Origin: an uncultured Desulfospira sp.
Lineage (GTDB): Bacteria > Desulfobacterota > Desulfobacteria > Desulfobacterales > Desulfobacteraceae
Assembly: GCA_963663165.1 (NCBI GenBank)
Contig: OY760175.1
Span: 1,856,001 to 1,920,000 of the forward strand
DNA: 64,000 bases
Direction: 5' to 3'
Part shown: in pieces, positions 51,508 to 62,587 of the stretch
Layout: each line of letters opens with the position of its first letter
How positions within the stretch are numbered: the stretch's first letter is position 1
Position numbers and translations under genes: made by a program
The notes under the pieces: model-generated
Told to the model about the DNA's origin: nothing
Seen by the model: the letters and a program-made list of their open reading frames with translations, nothing else
Database searches by the model: none

Positions 51508-52095
51508 TTACCCGGCCCTTATTTTTTGTGATATTTCATTGCCTTGAGACAAGAATGACAAACAGGAGATCAACGTTTCTTTGATGGATGCCTGTTGATG
51601 CAGATAGAAGTTGACCAAACTTGCCGGAAGACTGTCATTTTTCACGCTTGCAGGCACTCGGCCCCGGATTTTCTTCCATTGAGCGCTTGTTGGAAATATT
51701 TCTTTAAACAAACCGACCCAGCGTCTAAGGGTGTTGCGGGAGATACCGATTGTTTCAGCAAACCTGGACATCGTGATACCTACAGATTGGTTCTGCCAGT
51801 CGGACACAATCGTCAGAATGGCCGCATACCAGTAAATGTTTTTACCAAGGAAACGGCAGGTTGGCGGGATCAAACGCCGTCGGCAGCCTTCCCTTCCGCA
51901 GCATAAACTGAATTGTAAAAAACATTCTTCAGACAACCCTTCAGGCTCCCCCCTGGGTTTGCGCAGATAATTGGCATAATACAACGGTCCCTGGCAGTGG
52001 GGGCACTTCATCTGTCTATAACGTTCGGCTGTTGCCAGATCTATTTTGTATAGATTCCAAAAAAGACTTTCGCTTTTTAGAACTTCTGATAGCAT
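51508..52095 (-). CDS. Zinc-ribbon/HTH protein (T2)
   Basis: CPHC...CCGREGCRRR; HTH ISRNTLRRW. Confidence 0.75.
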   Translation of the reverse strand: MLSEVLKSESLFWNLYKIDLATAERYRQMKCPHCQGPLYYANYLRKPRGEPEGLSEECFLQFSLCCGREGCRRRLIPPTCRFLGKNIYWYAAILTIVSDWQNQSVGITMSRFAETIGISRNTLRRWVGLFKEIFPTSAQWKKIRGRVPASVKNDSLPASLVNFYLHQQASIKETLISCLSFLSQGNEISQKIRAG

Positions 52096-53843
52096 ATCTC
52101 CTGCCCTGTTATTGGGTGGGGAGGCAGGAGTTTCACGATTATTTGCGAGATAAACAAGGGAACTTCTGCCTCAAACCTGACATATCTTGCAAATTATCTT
52201 CAATTTTTCCATGATTTTCTGTGACCATTCTCAATTAATTTGACGACAGGATTTTCTCCTTTCCATGTCATTGTTCGACATAGACCGAGAACCTTTTCAA
52301 TTTTGTTCAGCAATTCGCCTTTCCAATGATTTTCCAAAACACCCCAAACTCGCTCTATTGGGTTGTATTTACTGTGGTACGGGGGATAGTACACCAAACT
52401 AATATTTACAAATGCTGATTTGGCAAAGTCCACGAGGCGACTAATGAATTGGCTCCTTCGGCTACTATTTTCCGGCCCATTATCAAGATTGATCACCAGT
52501 GTATGTGGGGCGAATCTTGCGTTCAAAGAAGGCCAGAGTGATTCCAGCGCATCAATCATGAAATCAGAGGTGATGTTGCTTTCAGTGAAGTACATATAAT
52601 TTTCATCCAGAGCAGGTATGTTGATACCGAAAAGTTTCAAAAGGGAATCGGGTTTAAAATCATGGTCCGCCGCTTTAAGATTGCAACGACTATATCCGCC
52701 TCGGGAATAAGGCCCTATTTTAATAGTGGCTTTTGCGTCCATTGAGATACGTAAAACGCCATCTGTTTCATCGGCTAGTTGGTTTGTCCTATGCACATAT
52801 TCAAAAATGATGTCTGTTTCAGGAATTTTTTTTTTACCTTGGCTTTGGCGACCTTCTTCAGTTTAAAACCCAATTTATTCATTATGGTGGATAGAGTCCG
52901 TACTGTTGGCATATTCTCAGGGTCATATCCCATGTCGTCAACTAATCGACGGAATACTTCATTCGCAGATATTGGGGAATATAAATTCTGGGTACGGAAT
53001 GTAGGATCAGTCTGACATATAGGGTTTACAATACGAGTTATGTCCTCTTTTAAATTCGGAAAATGTTCTAAACACGATTTCCGGCCTCGTCCGGAAAAAT
53101 TATCAACACAGGTAACTCCGCTTTCTATTTCCCGTCGCCCTTTGATTATTGTTTTCCGATCCCAACCCAGTTCTCTTTCAGCCTTTAGTTGTCCGCCGTG
53201 CCCCATAAGGGAGACAACGCGTGCCATGAATTGGCGCCGTTCATGGCCTTTTAATTTGCTTCGAGTGGTATTCAGAAAATCCTTTAGTGGTGGCGTTAAT
53301 TCCGATATAGTTTTGGGTAAATTGTGCTTAGAATGATCAAACATGGTCCTCCTGTATTTTTTATGTAATCTTCCATGTTGACCATAAACTATCGATTCCA
53401 TGTTGTCTATAGAAATTAGAATTCAGACTATGGAATTGTGGATATTAATTTTTCTGAGGCCCTAAATATTGCAGAACCATAAATAGTATTTTCAATCCTC
53501 ATCGAATCGAAAATAAAACAAACTTCCATTTTGTCTGTTTGTGGGGTAAGTACATTCTTCAGTTTTTCATATGGCACACCAATTTCTTTTAGCCTTTCAA
53601 CCATTGGCCTAAAAACACCCTTTATTTCATTTGAAATCTGGTCATTATCAAGTTTCAAATGATTCTTTAGCATATCCCAAATTATCAAGTTGCGTGTATC
53701 GAATGTGTATACTTTCATTCAACCTCATATAGTCGAATAGGTGATTTTATTCATATTTATAATAAAAACTTGATTGTTATCCAACAGTTATTCTATTGGA
53801 GAACGCCAATATTTTATATTTCGATTTCTTCGGGTCATTCAAA

Positions 53844-53971
53844 AAAGAACGACAAGCTCAGCCGACCGGGGGTAAATCGCCGAGTACGTTGTAAAAGCAA
53901 AATCCTTTCATAAATCAAGGCCTTTTAAAAGTCGCTAAGCCCCCCGGGTCGGCTGGAGCGGCTTGTTCGAC
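53844..53971 (-). other. attC site 14
   Basis: R'' GTCGAAC, R' GTTCTTT (matches site 13 R''). Confidence 0.88.
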
Positions 53972-55540
53972 GCTTTCCAAAACATCCTTTGTAAGAATAA
54001 TGCGCCGAATACTTCTCTTATCATCAAAGGGGACAATCATATCTCTACCTTGCTCTTCATTTATAAATTTGAGGTCTATATCTGGTTCTTTTGATGTCCC
54101 CATAAGATCAACGTATGTTCCATAATCTAAATTATAAATATTATATCTTACACCTGGATTATCTTTATCTGCGTATCCTCTTTGCATATGATGAATGACT
54201 CTCGCATCAAAAAGTTTTAAAATCATAAAATGTTTTTCAAGATCTCGTGGAAGAAGAAAAGAACGAGAGTTTTTATTTCCAATAACTTCTTCAATTATTT
54301 TTCTTAATGATGTTTGCATCGACTCATCAAGGTGTTGGGCTTTGTCTTGTTCGAACCATTGTCTTGATGATTCAAGAATTGATTTTTTGTCAATAGTTGA
54401 TCGTGACCGTTTTTGTGCATAAAAAAAAGAAATGGTGAAAATATTTATCAAATCTCGAATTACACCTTCGGCTGCTCTGCTTAATTCAAAAAATGTCTTT
54501 TTTTCTGTGAACATTTTTGACATAAAGTGAGAGCCCCCATTTATTTTGTAATTGTCATGAAGATAATTTTCTGGAAGCTCAATTTCCAAATGTCGCAGAA
54601 TGATATCACCATAAAAGTTTGAAATAACTTCAGGATTTCTATCATAGACATATATATCATCAAGATCTTGAGTCATTGATATATCTGCCCCTAACTCAAA
54701 ACCAATGATGTCATGTTCCCCAGTCAATGAAAATAATGATCTTTGTTCAAGAGCTGCAATTTTTAAGGTCGCATTTGTTACAGGAAGAAAGCCTCTTTTC
54801 AAAAATTCGGCGAGATATGGTTGTATATCCCTTGGCAAAGAAGACCACTCATCAAGAAGCACGACCAATTTAAAGCCTGAAAATTTTAGGGCTTCCGTTA
54901 GAAAATGATGAATAGCTGGAAATATAATTTTATCCTCTGTAGTCACAGAGATTTTTTTATTTTGTTGTATTGCCGACTTTGAACTTCCACTGAGATCAAA
55001 ACCACTTCTGAAGGAAGCTTTTGATAAATCAGAGAAAACGTTAACTCCAACATTGCCTTCTGATTCTTCTGACTTTGAGATTTCAAACTCTTTAGTCTCA
55101 AATACTTGAAATGGTTCAGTTATTGCCTTCATCAGTTCGTCAATTGCTTCAAGAGCTTTTTCACCGTCTTCGGGATAATATTCAATAATATCTTCCAGCA
55201 AGCGATTATAAATAGGCGACAAAATGTCACGAAACAAAGCAAGACAGCGACGGTTTATTGGCTGTTCCCTGTCTGTAAATTGAGAAGAACTCCCTAAAGT
55301 TCTGCAATCTATATAAATAACGCAATAATTTTCTTGTTCAAAATTGTTACGTAATACTTGAAATACGTGTGTTTTACCCGTTCCCCTTCTTCCGTATAAG
55401 ACTTGATGATTCTCATTATGTAATTGTGGAACAATTCCGGAATCAACATAAGATTCCAATAATTTTTGAAAATCAGATTGTCTTTCAGCACGCTGTCTAA
55501 TTCTTGAAACCGCTTTTGCAATTTCTCTATCTTGAATCAT
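53915..55540 (-). CDS. Large P-loop ATPase (ORC/CDC6/STAND-like) cassette
   Basis: Walker A GRRGTGKT, Walker B VVLLDEW; stop inside attC. Confidence 0.85.
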   Translation of the reverse strand: MIQDREIAKAVSRIRQRAERQSDFQKLLESYVDSGIVPQLHNENHQVLYGRRGTGKTHVFQVLRNNFEQENYCVIYIDCRTLGSSSQFTDREQPINRRCLALFRDILSPIYNRLLEDIIEYYPEDGEKALEAIDELMKAITEPFQVFETKEFEISKSEESEGNVGVNVFSDLSKASFRSGFDLSGSSKSAIQQNKKISVTTEDKIIFPAIHHFLTEALKFSGFKLVVLLDEWSSLPRDIQPYLAEFLKRGFLPVTNATLKIAALEQRSLFSLTGEHDIIGFELGADISMTQDLDDIYVYDRNPEVISNFYGDIILRHLEIELPENYLHDNYKINGGSHFMSKMFTEKKTFFELSRAAEGVIRDLINIFTISFFYAQKRSRSTIDKKSILESSRQWFEQDKAQHLDESMQTSLRKIIEEVIGNKNSRSFLLPRDLEKHFMILKLFDARVIHHMQRGYADKDNPGVRYNIYNLDYGTYVDLMGTSKEPDIDLKFINEEQGRDMIVPFDDKRSIRRIILTKDVLESVEQAAPADPGGLATFKRP

Positions 55541-55553
55541 ATTTTCCTTTGTT

Positions 55554-55685
55554 GTCGAACGGGGAGCTAACCGGCCGGGCGTTAACACCACAAAAGCTCC
55601 GGTAAAAGTTTAAAATTTCATTGACCAAGCACCTTCAAAAAAACCGCGCAGATAAGCCCGGTCGGGTTCAGCGGCTTTGTTATGC
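55554..55685 (-). other. attC site 15
   Basis: R'' GCATAAC, R' GTTCGAC. Confidence 0.88.
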
Positions 55686-55688
55686 TGT

Positions 55689-56072
55689 TTATTTAAATTG
55701 GTTGTCGTAGTTTTCACTATGATGAGGAAACGCCTCCTCATAAAAAGGGTATGGAATGCCAAAAACATCGATTTCAAACCCCTCTGCATCAAACCCTCTG
55801 ACACAGACCCCTAAACCTTTTATTATATTACCATCTTCACTTTCAACTGAGATTTTTTCTATGTTTTGAGTATCTAAGAACCTGTGTTCTTTGTCATCTG
55901 TGTTAATGGGAGTGCCGCTTCTTTGGCAATAGGTTCTAAAGAACTCATATCCAGATTCGATTTCCTTGAAATGAATATCTCCCATCACTACACCCATTGG
56001 AGCGTCAGCCCTTTCAAAATAGGTGTATCCGATAACCTTTCCTTCTAGCTTGATGATATATTTTTTTTGCAT
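55689..56072 (-). CDS. Hypothetical protein (cassette)
   Basis: ATG within R' GTTATGC; fills the cassette. Confidence 0.75.
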   Translation of the reverse strand: MQKKYIIKLEGKVIGYTYFERADAPMGVVMGDIHFKEIESGYEFFRTYCQRSGTPINTDDKEHRFLDTQNIEKISVESEDGNIIKGLGVCVRGFDAEGFEIDVFGIPYPFYEEAFPHHSENYDNQFK

Positions 56073-56197
56073 AACGATAAGCTCAGCCGACCGGGGGTGA
56101 GTTGCCGAGCGCGTTGTAAAAGTCAAATCCTTTCATTAATCAAGGACTTTCGAAAAGTCGCTAAGCCCCCCGGGTCGGCTGGAGCGGCTTGTTCTTT
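56069..56197 (-). other. attC site 16
   Basis: R'' AAAGAAC, R' GTTATGC. Confidence 0.88.
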
Positions 56198-56420
56198 TCC
56201 ATTACGTTGGGGAACATAGGAGCCTTGCCCCTTTTTCTCCGACATTGCCCAATGAGGTCTTAGGGATGTGGTAAAATTAAAACCCACAATTCATTCCTCA
56301 TAGCATGGAATATCAACAGCCCATTTTTCAATCCCTGGAATCCGAATAATTTTGTTTTCTATATTATTCACAGCGGACTTGACCAAACGTACCCCTGTCG
56401 GGTAAACACCTTTGATTAAT

Positions 56421-58266
56421 CCCAAAATAAGTGTGAAATAAGTAATAAAAATGAGAAAAAAGTCTCGAAACGCCTATCAATAAAGAGTATAATGAGTTTG
56501 GCAAAACGAACTATACCAAATTGAAAGGGCGTTTCGAGTGAATAAGAATATCATCAAAAAATTGGCAAAACGCAAGAAAAAAATAAGCAAAAAACTGAAC
56601 AAAAGAGATTGGACTGAGCAGCCAACTCCCATGCTAAAGGCATCCAATATCCAGTATGAGATCGACGGTCGCCTTCAGGGAATATCACATGGAGGCATTG
56701 GCCTGATCCATATGTTGGCCAAAAAGACCGGCCTTTTGAAAGAAATCGATAAAGAACTTGAGCTGCTCAAGCGCCATTTGCCATATCATGAATCTGATCA
56801 TGTCGCCAATATGGCATACAATATTCTTGCAGGCGGAACCTGTCTTCAGGACATTGAATTGCAAAGAAACAATGATGCTTGGCTTAATGCTCTGGACGCA
56901 AAAATGATCCCTGATCCGACAACGGCAGGGGATTTTTTGCGCCGGTTTTCCCAGGAAAATATCATTACCCTGATGGATGTGAAAAATACCATACGGAAAA
57001 AAATATGGGAAAAGCAGCCTCAAAATTTCAAAGAATCAGCCATCATCAATATTGACGGAACTATCAGTGAGACAAGCGGCAAGTGCAAACAGGGTATGGA
57101 CATCTCCTACAATGGTAAGTGGGGGTATGCCCCGCTGGTTGTTTCACTGGAGAGAACAAGGGAACCTCTTTATGTCATCAACCGCTCGGGCAATGCCCCG
57201 TCCCACCTTGACTCTGCCCGGTGGGTGGATAAGGCTCTTGATCTGACGGAAGGCACTTTTAAAAAATTATACGTTCGGGGAGATACGGATTTCAGCCTTA
57301 CCACGCACTTTGACAAATGGGATCAACGTTGTTCCTTTATTTTTGGCATGGATGCCAGATCAAATCTAACAAAACGTGCAAATGCTCTTCCTGAAACCGA
57401 CTGGGTCAGGCTTGAAAAACTGTCTGCGAAAATTAAAACTCAGCCCCGGAAACGTCCTGAGAATATCAAACTTCAAGTGGTGAAAAAGCGCAAATTCAAA
57501 CGCATAGAGACTGCGTATGAACATATAGCCGAGTTTGAATACAAACCGGGAAAATGTCAAAAACCATACAGAATGATCGTTTTGCGTAAAACAATAAACG
57601 AGTTCAAGGGAGAATTACTACTGTTCGATGATATCCGCTACTTTTTTTATATTACCAATGATTGGAAAAAACCGGCCAAACAACTGGTAGCCTTTTACCG
57701 GAAACGGGCTGACCACGAAAATGATATTGAACAGTTGAAACATGGCGTACGTGCTATGGATAATCCTTCAGACTCTTTGAATGCCAACTGGGCCTATATG
57801 GTTATTACCTCCATGGCATGGGATCTGAAAGCCTGGTATGGGCTGCTGATGCCATATCGTGCATTAGGGCTTTCCATCATCCGCATGGAATTCAAGCGTT
57901 TTATCCAGACATTTATAAACATCCCCTGTTTAATTTTGAAATCTGGCAGGGCTATAAAATATCGAATTATTGGCTATAACAACCGGCTCCAAAGCATGTT
58001 CAAATATTTTGATTTTATAAGGACCGTCCGGGTTACATGATGCCATTGCTCTCCGGATAGTTATTGCAAACGGGTTGCAATGGCGAGTCCAAACCCTGCA
58101 GTCTCAAAAAAGGAATGACAAAAACATGAAACACAAGACAACTGGCAATACTCAAAAAAACTGGGGACTCGTGTTTCTACTGGATGGCAAGTTGGTGGCC
58201 AAAATAATACCTCAAACGGCGGGTTGCTCATGAGTATATCTTTTTTGAAAACGCGCTTGTTTTGGG
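56421..58266 (+). mobile_element. IS1380-family element
   Basis: 1846 bp like 33795-35640; flanked by ATTAAT. Confidence 0.92.
56538..58040 (+). CDS. IS1380-family transposase
   Basis: Identical protein to 34021-35523. Confidence 0.92.
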   Translation: MNKNIIKKLAKRKKKISKKLNKRDWTEQPTPMLKASNIQYEIDGRLQGISHGGIGLIHMLAKKTGLLKEIDKELELLKRHLPYHESDHVANMAYNILAGGTCLQDIELQRNNDAWLNALDAKMIPDPTTAGDFLRRFSQENIITLMDVKNTIRKKIWEKQPQNFKESAIINIDGTISETSGKCKQGMDISYNGKWGYAPLVVSLERTREPLYVINRSGNAPSHLDSARWVDKALDLTEGTFKKLYVRGDTDFSLTTHFDKWDQRCSFIFGMDARSNLTKRANALPETDWVRLEKLSAKIKTQPRKRPENIKLQVVKKRKFKRIETAYEHIAEFEYKPGKCQKPYRMIVLRKTINEFKGELLLFDDIRYFFYITNDWKKPAKQLVAFYRKRADHENDIEQLKHGVRAMDNPSDSLNANWAYMVITSMAWDLKAWYGLLMPYRALGLSIIRMEFKRFIQTFINIPCLILKSGRAIKYRIIGYNNRLQSMFKYFDFIRTVRVT

Positions 58267-59579
58267 ATTAATTTGACGACAGGATTTTCTCCTTTCCATG
58301 TCATTGTTCGACATAGACCGAGAACCTTTTCAATTTTGTTCAGCAATTCGCCTTTCCAATGATTTTCCAAAACACCCCAAACTCGCTCTATTGGGTTGTA
58401 TTTACTGTGGTACGGGGGATAGTACACCAAACTAATATTTACAAATGCTGATTTGGCAAAGTCCACGAGGCGACTAATGAATTGGCTCCTTCGGCTACTA
58501 TTTTCCGGCCCATTATCAAGATTGATCACCAGTGTATGTGGGGCGAATCTTGCGTTCAAAGAAGGCCAGAGTGATTCCAGCGCATCAATCATGAAATCAG
58601 AGGTGATGTTGCTTTCAGTGAAGTACATATAATTTTCATCCAGAGCAGGTATGTTGATACCGAAAAGTTTCAAAAGGGAATCGGGTTTAAAATCATGGTC
58701 CGCCGCTTTAAGATTGCAACGACTATATCCGCCTCGGGAATAAGGCCCTATTTTAATAGTGGCTTTTGCGTCCATTGAGATACGTAAAACGCCATCTGTT
58801 TCATCGGCTAGTTGGTTTGTCCTATGCACATATTCAAAAATGATGTCTGTTTCAGGAATTTTTTTTTACCTTGGCTTTGGCGACCTTCTTCAGTTTAAAA
58901 CCCAATTTATTCATTATGGTGGATAGAGTCCGTACTGTTGGCATATTCTCAGGGTCATATCCCATGTCGTCAACTAATCGACGGAATACTTCATTCGCAG
59001 ATATTGGGGAATATAAATTCTGGGTACGGAATGTAGGATCAGTCTGACATATAGGGTTTACAATACGAGTTATGTCCTCTTTTAAATTCGGAAAATGTTC
59101 TAAACACGATTTCCGGCCTCGTCCGGAAAAATTATCAACACAGGTAACTCCGCTTTCTATTTCCCGTCGCCCTTTGATTATTGTTTTCCGATCCCAACCC
59201 AGTTCTCTTTCAGCCTTTAGTTGTCCGCCGTGCCCCATAAGGGAGACAACGCGTGCCATGAATTGGCGCCGTTCATGGCCTTTTAATTTGCTTCGAGTGG
59301 TATTCAGAAAATCCTTTAGTGGTGGCGTTAATTCCGATATAGTTTTGGGTAAATTGTGCTTAGAATGATCAAACATGGTCCTCCTGTATTTTTATGTAAT
59401 CTTCCATGTTGACCATAAACTATCGATTCCATGTTGTCTATAGAAATCAGAATTCAGACTATGGAATTGTGGATATTAATTTTTCTGAGGCCCTTATCGT
59501 TTAATTTGACATCAATAAAAGCTAATGAGCAATTATAATATTGGGTATTTAAAAGTATATCCATGTGTTTTGTTTATTC

Positions 59580-59707
59580 AGCGAACGACAAGCTCAGCCG
59601 ACCGGGGGCAAATTGCCGAGCGTGTTGTAAAAGCTAAATCCTTTCATAAACCAAGGTCTTTCAAAAGTCGCTAGGCCCCCCGGGTCGGCTGGAGCGGCTT
59701 GTTAGGT
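59580..59707 (-). other. attC site 17
   Basis: R'' ACCTAAC, R' GTTCGCT. Confidence 0.88.
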
Positions 59708-59909
59708 TTTTGTAAACGATGTTTCCTCCAATTCCTCCTATTACAACGGATACACATAATACGAATAGGAACACTAAGTAGATAATACTGATATCTTCAT
59801 CACTATGAATATATCGTTCCCCGTACCAATTAGCGAAAAAAATCAGGAAAAAATATGCAACAATTCCAAAAACAGCAGAACCACTCAGCATAAAAATCAA
59901 TCTTTTCAT
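59661..59909 (-). CDS. Small two-TM protein coupled to the amidase
   Basis: ATGA overlap with the amidase stop; two hydrophobic helices. Confidence 0.7.
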   Translation of the reverse strand: MKRLIFMLSGSAVFGIVAYFFLIFFANWYGERYIHSDEDISIIYLVFLFVLCVSVVIGGIGGNIVYKNLTSRSSRPGGPSDF

Positions 59910-60143
59910 AGCAGCTTCCAAAACCAAACTTGTTCAGATTTTCTATAGTCAGACCACACACCTTCCCATGAAAGAAATAGATGAATACGCACCCACGATT
60001 TCCAGTCAGTTAACCGACTTCCATTCCACAAGTCGATATGGTCTCCCTGATGCCCTGGCCCCCAATAATTCTGAAAAAATATAATACCTCTCCTGCCATT
60101 TATTTCCTCAAACACCTCATTTCCGCTGAATTTTTCTACTTTA

Positions 60144-61524
60144 GGGATGTGGTAAAATTAAAACCCACAATTCATTCCTCATAGCATGGAATATCAACAG
60201 CCCATTTTTCAATCCCTGGAATCCGAATAATTTTGTTTTCTATATTATTCACGGCGGACTTGACCAAACGTACCCCTGTCGGGTAAACACCTTTGATTAA
60301 TTTGACGACAGGATTTTCTCCTTTCCATGTCATTGTTCGACATAGACCGAGAACCTTTTCAATTTTGTTCAGCAATTCGCCTTTCCAATGATTTTCCAAA
60401 ACACCCCAAACTCGCTCTATTGGGTTGTATTTACTGTGGTACGGGGGATAGTACACCAAACTAATATTTACAAATGCTGATTTGGCAAAGTCCACGAGGC
60501 GACTAATGAATTGGCTCCTTCGGCTACTATTTTCCGGCCCATTATCAAGATTGATCACCAGTGTATGTGGGGCGAATCTTGCGTTCAAAGAAGGCCAGAG
60601 TGATTCCAGCGCATCAATCATGAAATCAGAGGTGATGTTGCTTTCAGTGAAGTACATATAATTTTCATCCAGAGCAGGTATGTTGATACCGAAAAGTTTC
60701 AAAAGGGAATCGGGTTTAAAATCATGGTCCGCCGCTTTAAGATTGCAACGACTATATCCGCCTCGGGAATAAGGCCCTATTTTAATAGTGGCTTTTGCGT
60801 CCATTGAGATACGTAAAACGCCATCTGTTTCATCGGCTAGTTGGTTTGTCCTATGCACATATTCAAAAATGATGTCTGTTTCAGGAATTTTTTTTTTACC
60901 TTGGCTTTGGCGACCTTCTTCAGTTTAAAACCCAATTTATTCATTATGGTGGATAGAGTCCGTACTGTTGGCATATTCTCAGGGTCATATCCCATGTCGT
61001 CAACTAATCGACGGAATACTTCATTCGCAGATATTGGGGAATATAAATTCTGGGTACGGAATGTAGGATCAGTCTGACATATAGGGTTTACAATACGAGT
61101 TATGTCCTCTTTTAAATTCGGAAAATGTTCTAAACACGATTTCCGGCCTCGTCCGGAAAAATTATCAACACAGGTAACTCCGCTTTCTATTTCCCGTCGC
61201 CCTTTGATTATTGTTTTCCGATCCCAACCCAGTTCTCTTTCAGCCTTTAGTTGTCCGCCGTGCCCCATAAGGGAGACAACGCGTGCCATGAATTGGCGCC
61301 GTTCATGGCCTTTTAATTTGCTTCGAGTGGTATTCAGAAAATCCTTTAGTGGTGGCGTTAATTCCGATATAGTTTTGGGTAAATTGTGCTTAGAATGATC
61401 AAACATGGTCCTCCTGTATTTTTTATGTAATCTTCCATGTTGACCATAAACTATCGATTCCATGTTGTCTATAGAAATCAGAATTCAGACTATGGAATTG
61501 TGGATATTAATTTTTCTGAGGCCC
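60144..61524 (-). mobile_element. ISAzo13-family copy D (uninterrupted, 1381 bp)
   Basis: 3-bp target duplication TTA. Confidence 0.92.
60172..61406 (-). CDS. ISAzo13 transposase split at an A10 tract
   Basis: ERRQFMA...KLKKVAK / ISMDAK...PPYHSKYNPIER. Confidence 0.85.
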
Positions 61525-61795
61525 TTAGCTCCCGTAAGTGTGCCTGGACGAGCAAGCCAGTTCGCAAGTTCCTGCGCACGGATCGCATACTTTGGTTTGT
61601 TTTTCTGCCAAGATACCACTCCGTGAAATGTAGTGACATCCAATCCAGACCGTTGGAGTGCAGCATAAAGGTTAATGGCGCATTGGTTAGGATAGGCGTT
61701 GTGATCCAGTAAAGGGGCATCACCTTTTATTGTTGGATGATTTTCCCAAAGCTGAAAAAATGATTGCATTTAAAACTCCTTATCAATCTTGAATA

Positions 61796-61922
61796 CCCTA
61801 ACGGGGAGCTCAGCCGACCGGGGCATATAACCGAGCAGGTTGTCGAAGCCAAGTTCTTTCGAAAACCAAGAGTTTTCGAAAAGCCGCTAGCCCCCCGGGT
61901 CGGCTGCAGCGTTTTGTTATCA
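61796..61922 (-). other. attC site 18
   Basis: R'' TGATAAC, R' GTTAGGG. Confidence 0.9.
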
Positions 61923-61932
61923 TAATTTTTGA

Positions 61933-62223
61933 TCAAGCATGAAGGGCTTCAAGTACCGCTTTAGGGTTTTTGGAGGCGATACGTAACAAGGCTTTTGCAG
62001 GGCCTTCTGGTTTCCTCCTCCCTTGTTCCCAATTTTGAAGAGTTCTTACGCTTACTCCTATCATCATGGCAAATTCAGACTGTGAAACGCTTAAAGTCTT
62101 CCGAACCATTTTAATTTCAGGAGCTTCAATCTCAAAAACTCGGCTTGGTTTCTTTTTTCCGGTTTTTATATCGCCAGCTTCTTTTATGCTTGAAAGCAAC
62201 ATATCAAAAGCTTCTTTTTTCAT
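61933..62223 (-). CDS. HTH (HigA/NadS-like) antitoxin
   Basis: SQSEFA...VRTLQNWEQGRRKPEGPA. Confidence 0.9.
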   Translation of the reverse strand: MKKEAFDMLLSSIKEAGDIKTGKKKPSRVFEIEAPEIKMVRKTLSVSQSEFAMMIGVSVRTLQNWEQGRRKPEGPAKALLRIASKNPKAVLEALHA

Positions 62224-62534
62224 AATAAATTCTCCTTTAATGCTTTTTTCAAGATTTTGACTTGTTCGAGGGTTAAATCTTCTTGTTCGTTTTTCTTGTA
62301 CATGAACAGCATGTAGATCGTTTCGGGTTGATCAAAATAGTAAATAACCCGTAAAGCCCCTCTTTTGCCTGCACCAGGTAATTTCCAACGAATTTTACGA
62401 ATTCCTCCACTTCCTTTAATAATTGCCCCTGCACCTGGATTTAACATTAAAGCAGATTGCAATACTCGATAACTCGAGTCGGGTAGAAGCTTCAGAACTT
62501 GCTTGGTAAATATTGATGTTTCAATGAATTCCAT
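62220..62534 (-). CDS. RelE/HigB2-type toxin
   Basis: FIETSIF, GSGGIRKIRW, GKRGALRVIYY. Confidence 0.9.
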   Translation of the reverse strand: MEFIETSIFTKQVLKLLPDSSYRVLQSALMLNPGAGAIIKGSGGIRKIRWKLPGAGKRGALRVIYYFDQPETIYMLFMYKKNEQEDLTLEQVKILKKALKENLL

Positions 62535-62539
62535 AACAC

Positions 62540-62569
62540 AACAATACGCCATTGACGTATTTAAGTCAA
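62540..62569 (-). promoter_or_regulatory. TA cassette promoter/operator
   Basis: TTGACT-N17-TATTGT with ATACG/CGTAT inverted repeat. Confidence 0.6.
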
Positions 62570-62587
62570 GATGGAGATGGTTTTAAA

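Larger units (their letters stand above)
48028..52233 (-). mobile_element. Transposon T2 (4206 bp, TG..CA) with RepB-type primase
   Basis: Imperfect TIR TGAGA..TCAC...TCATGGA; 5-bp target duplication ATTAA. Confidence 0.9.
47871..53462 (-). mobile_element. ISAzo13-family copy B, interrupted by T2
   Basis: 3-bp target duplication TAA. Confidence 0.9.
47020..53718 (-). pseudogene. ~370-aa hypothetical cassette protein interrupted by ISAzo13 copy B
   Basis: ...YGSAIF joins RGFIPLL...RLITMY across the TAA duplication. Confidence 0.8.
56263..59493 (-). mobile_element. ISAzo13-family copy C, interrupted by IS1380
   Basis: 3-bp target duplication TTA. Confidence 0.9.
59906..61769 (-). pseudogene. 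Tae4-like amidase effector interrupted by ISAzo13 copy D
   Basis: NQCAINL ... RAQELANWL ... GIIFF ... GDHIDLWNG (Cys/His dyad). Confidence 0.83.
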
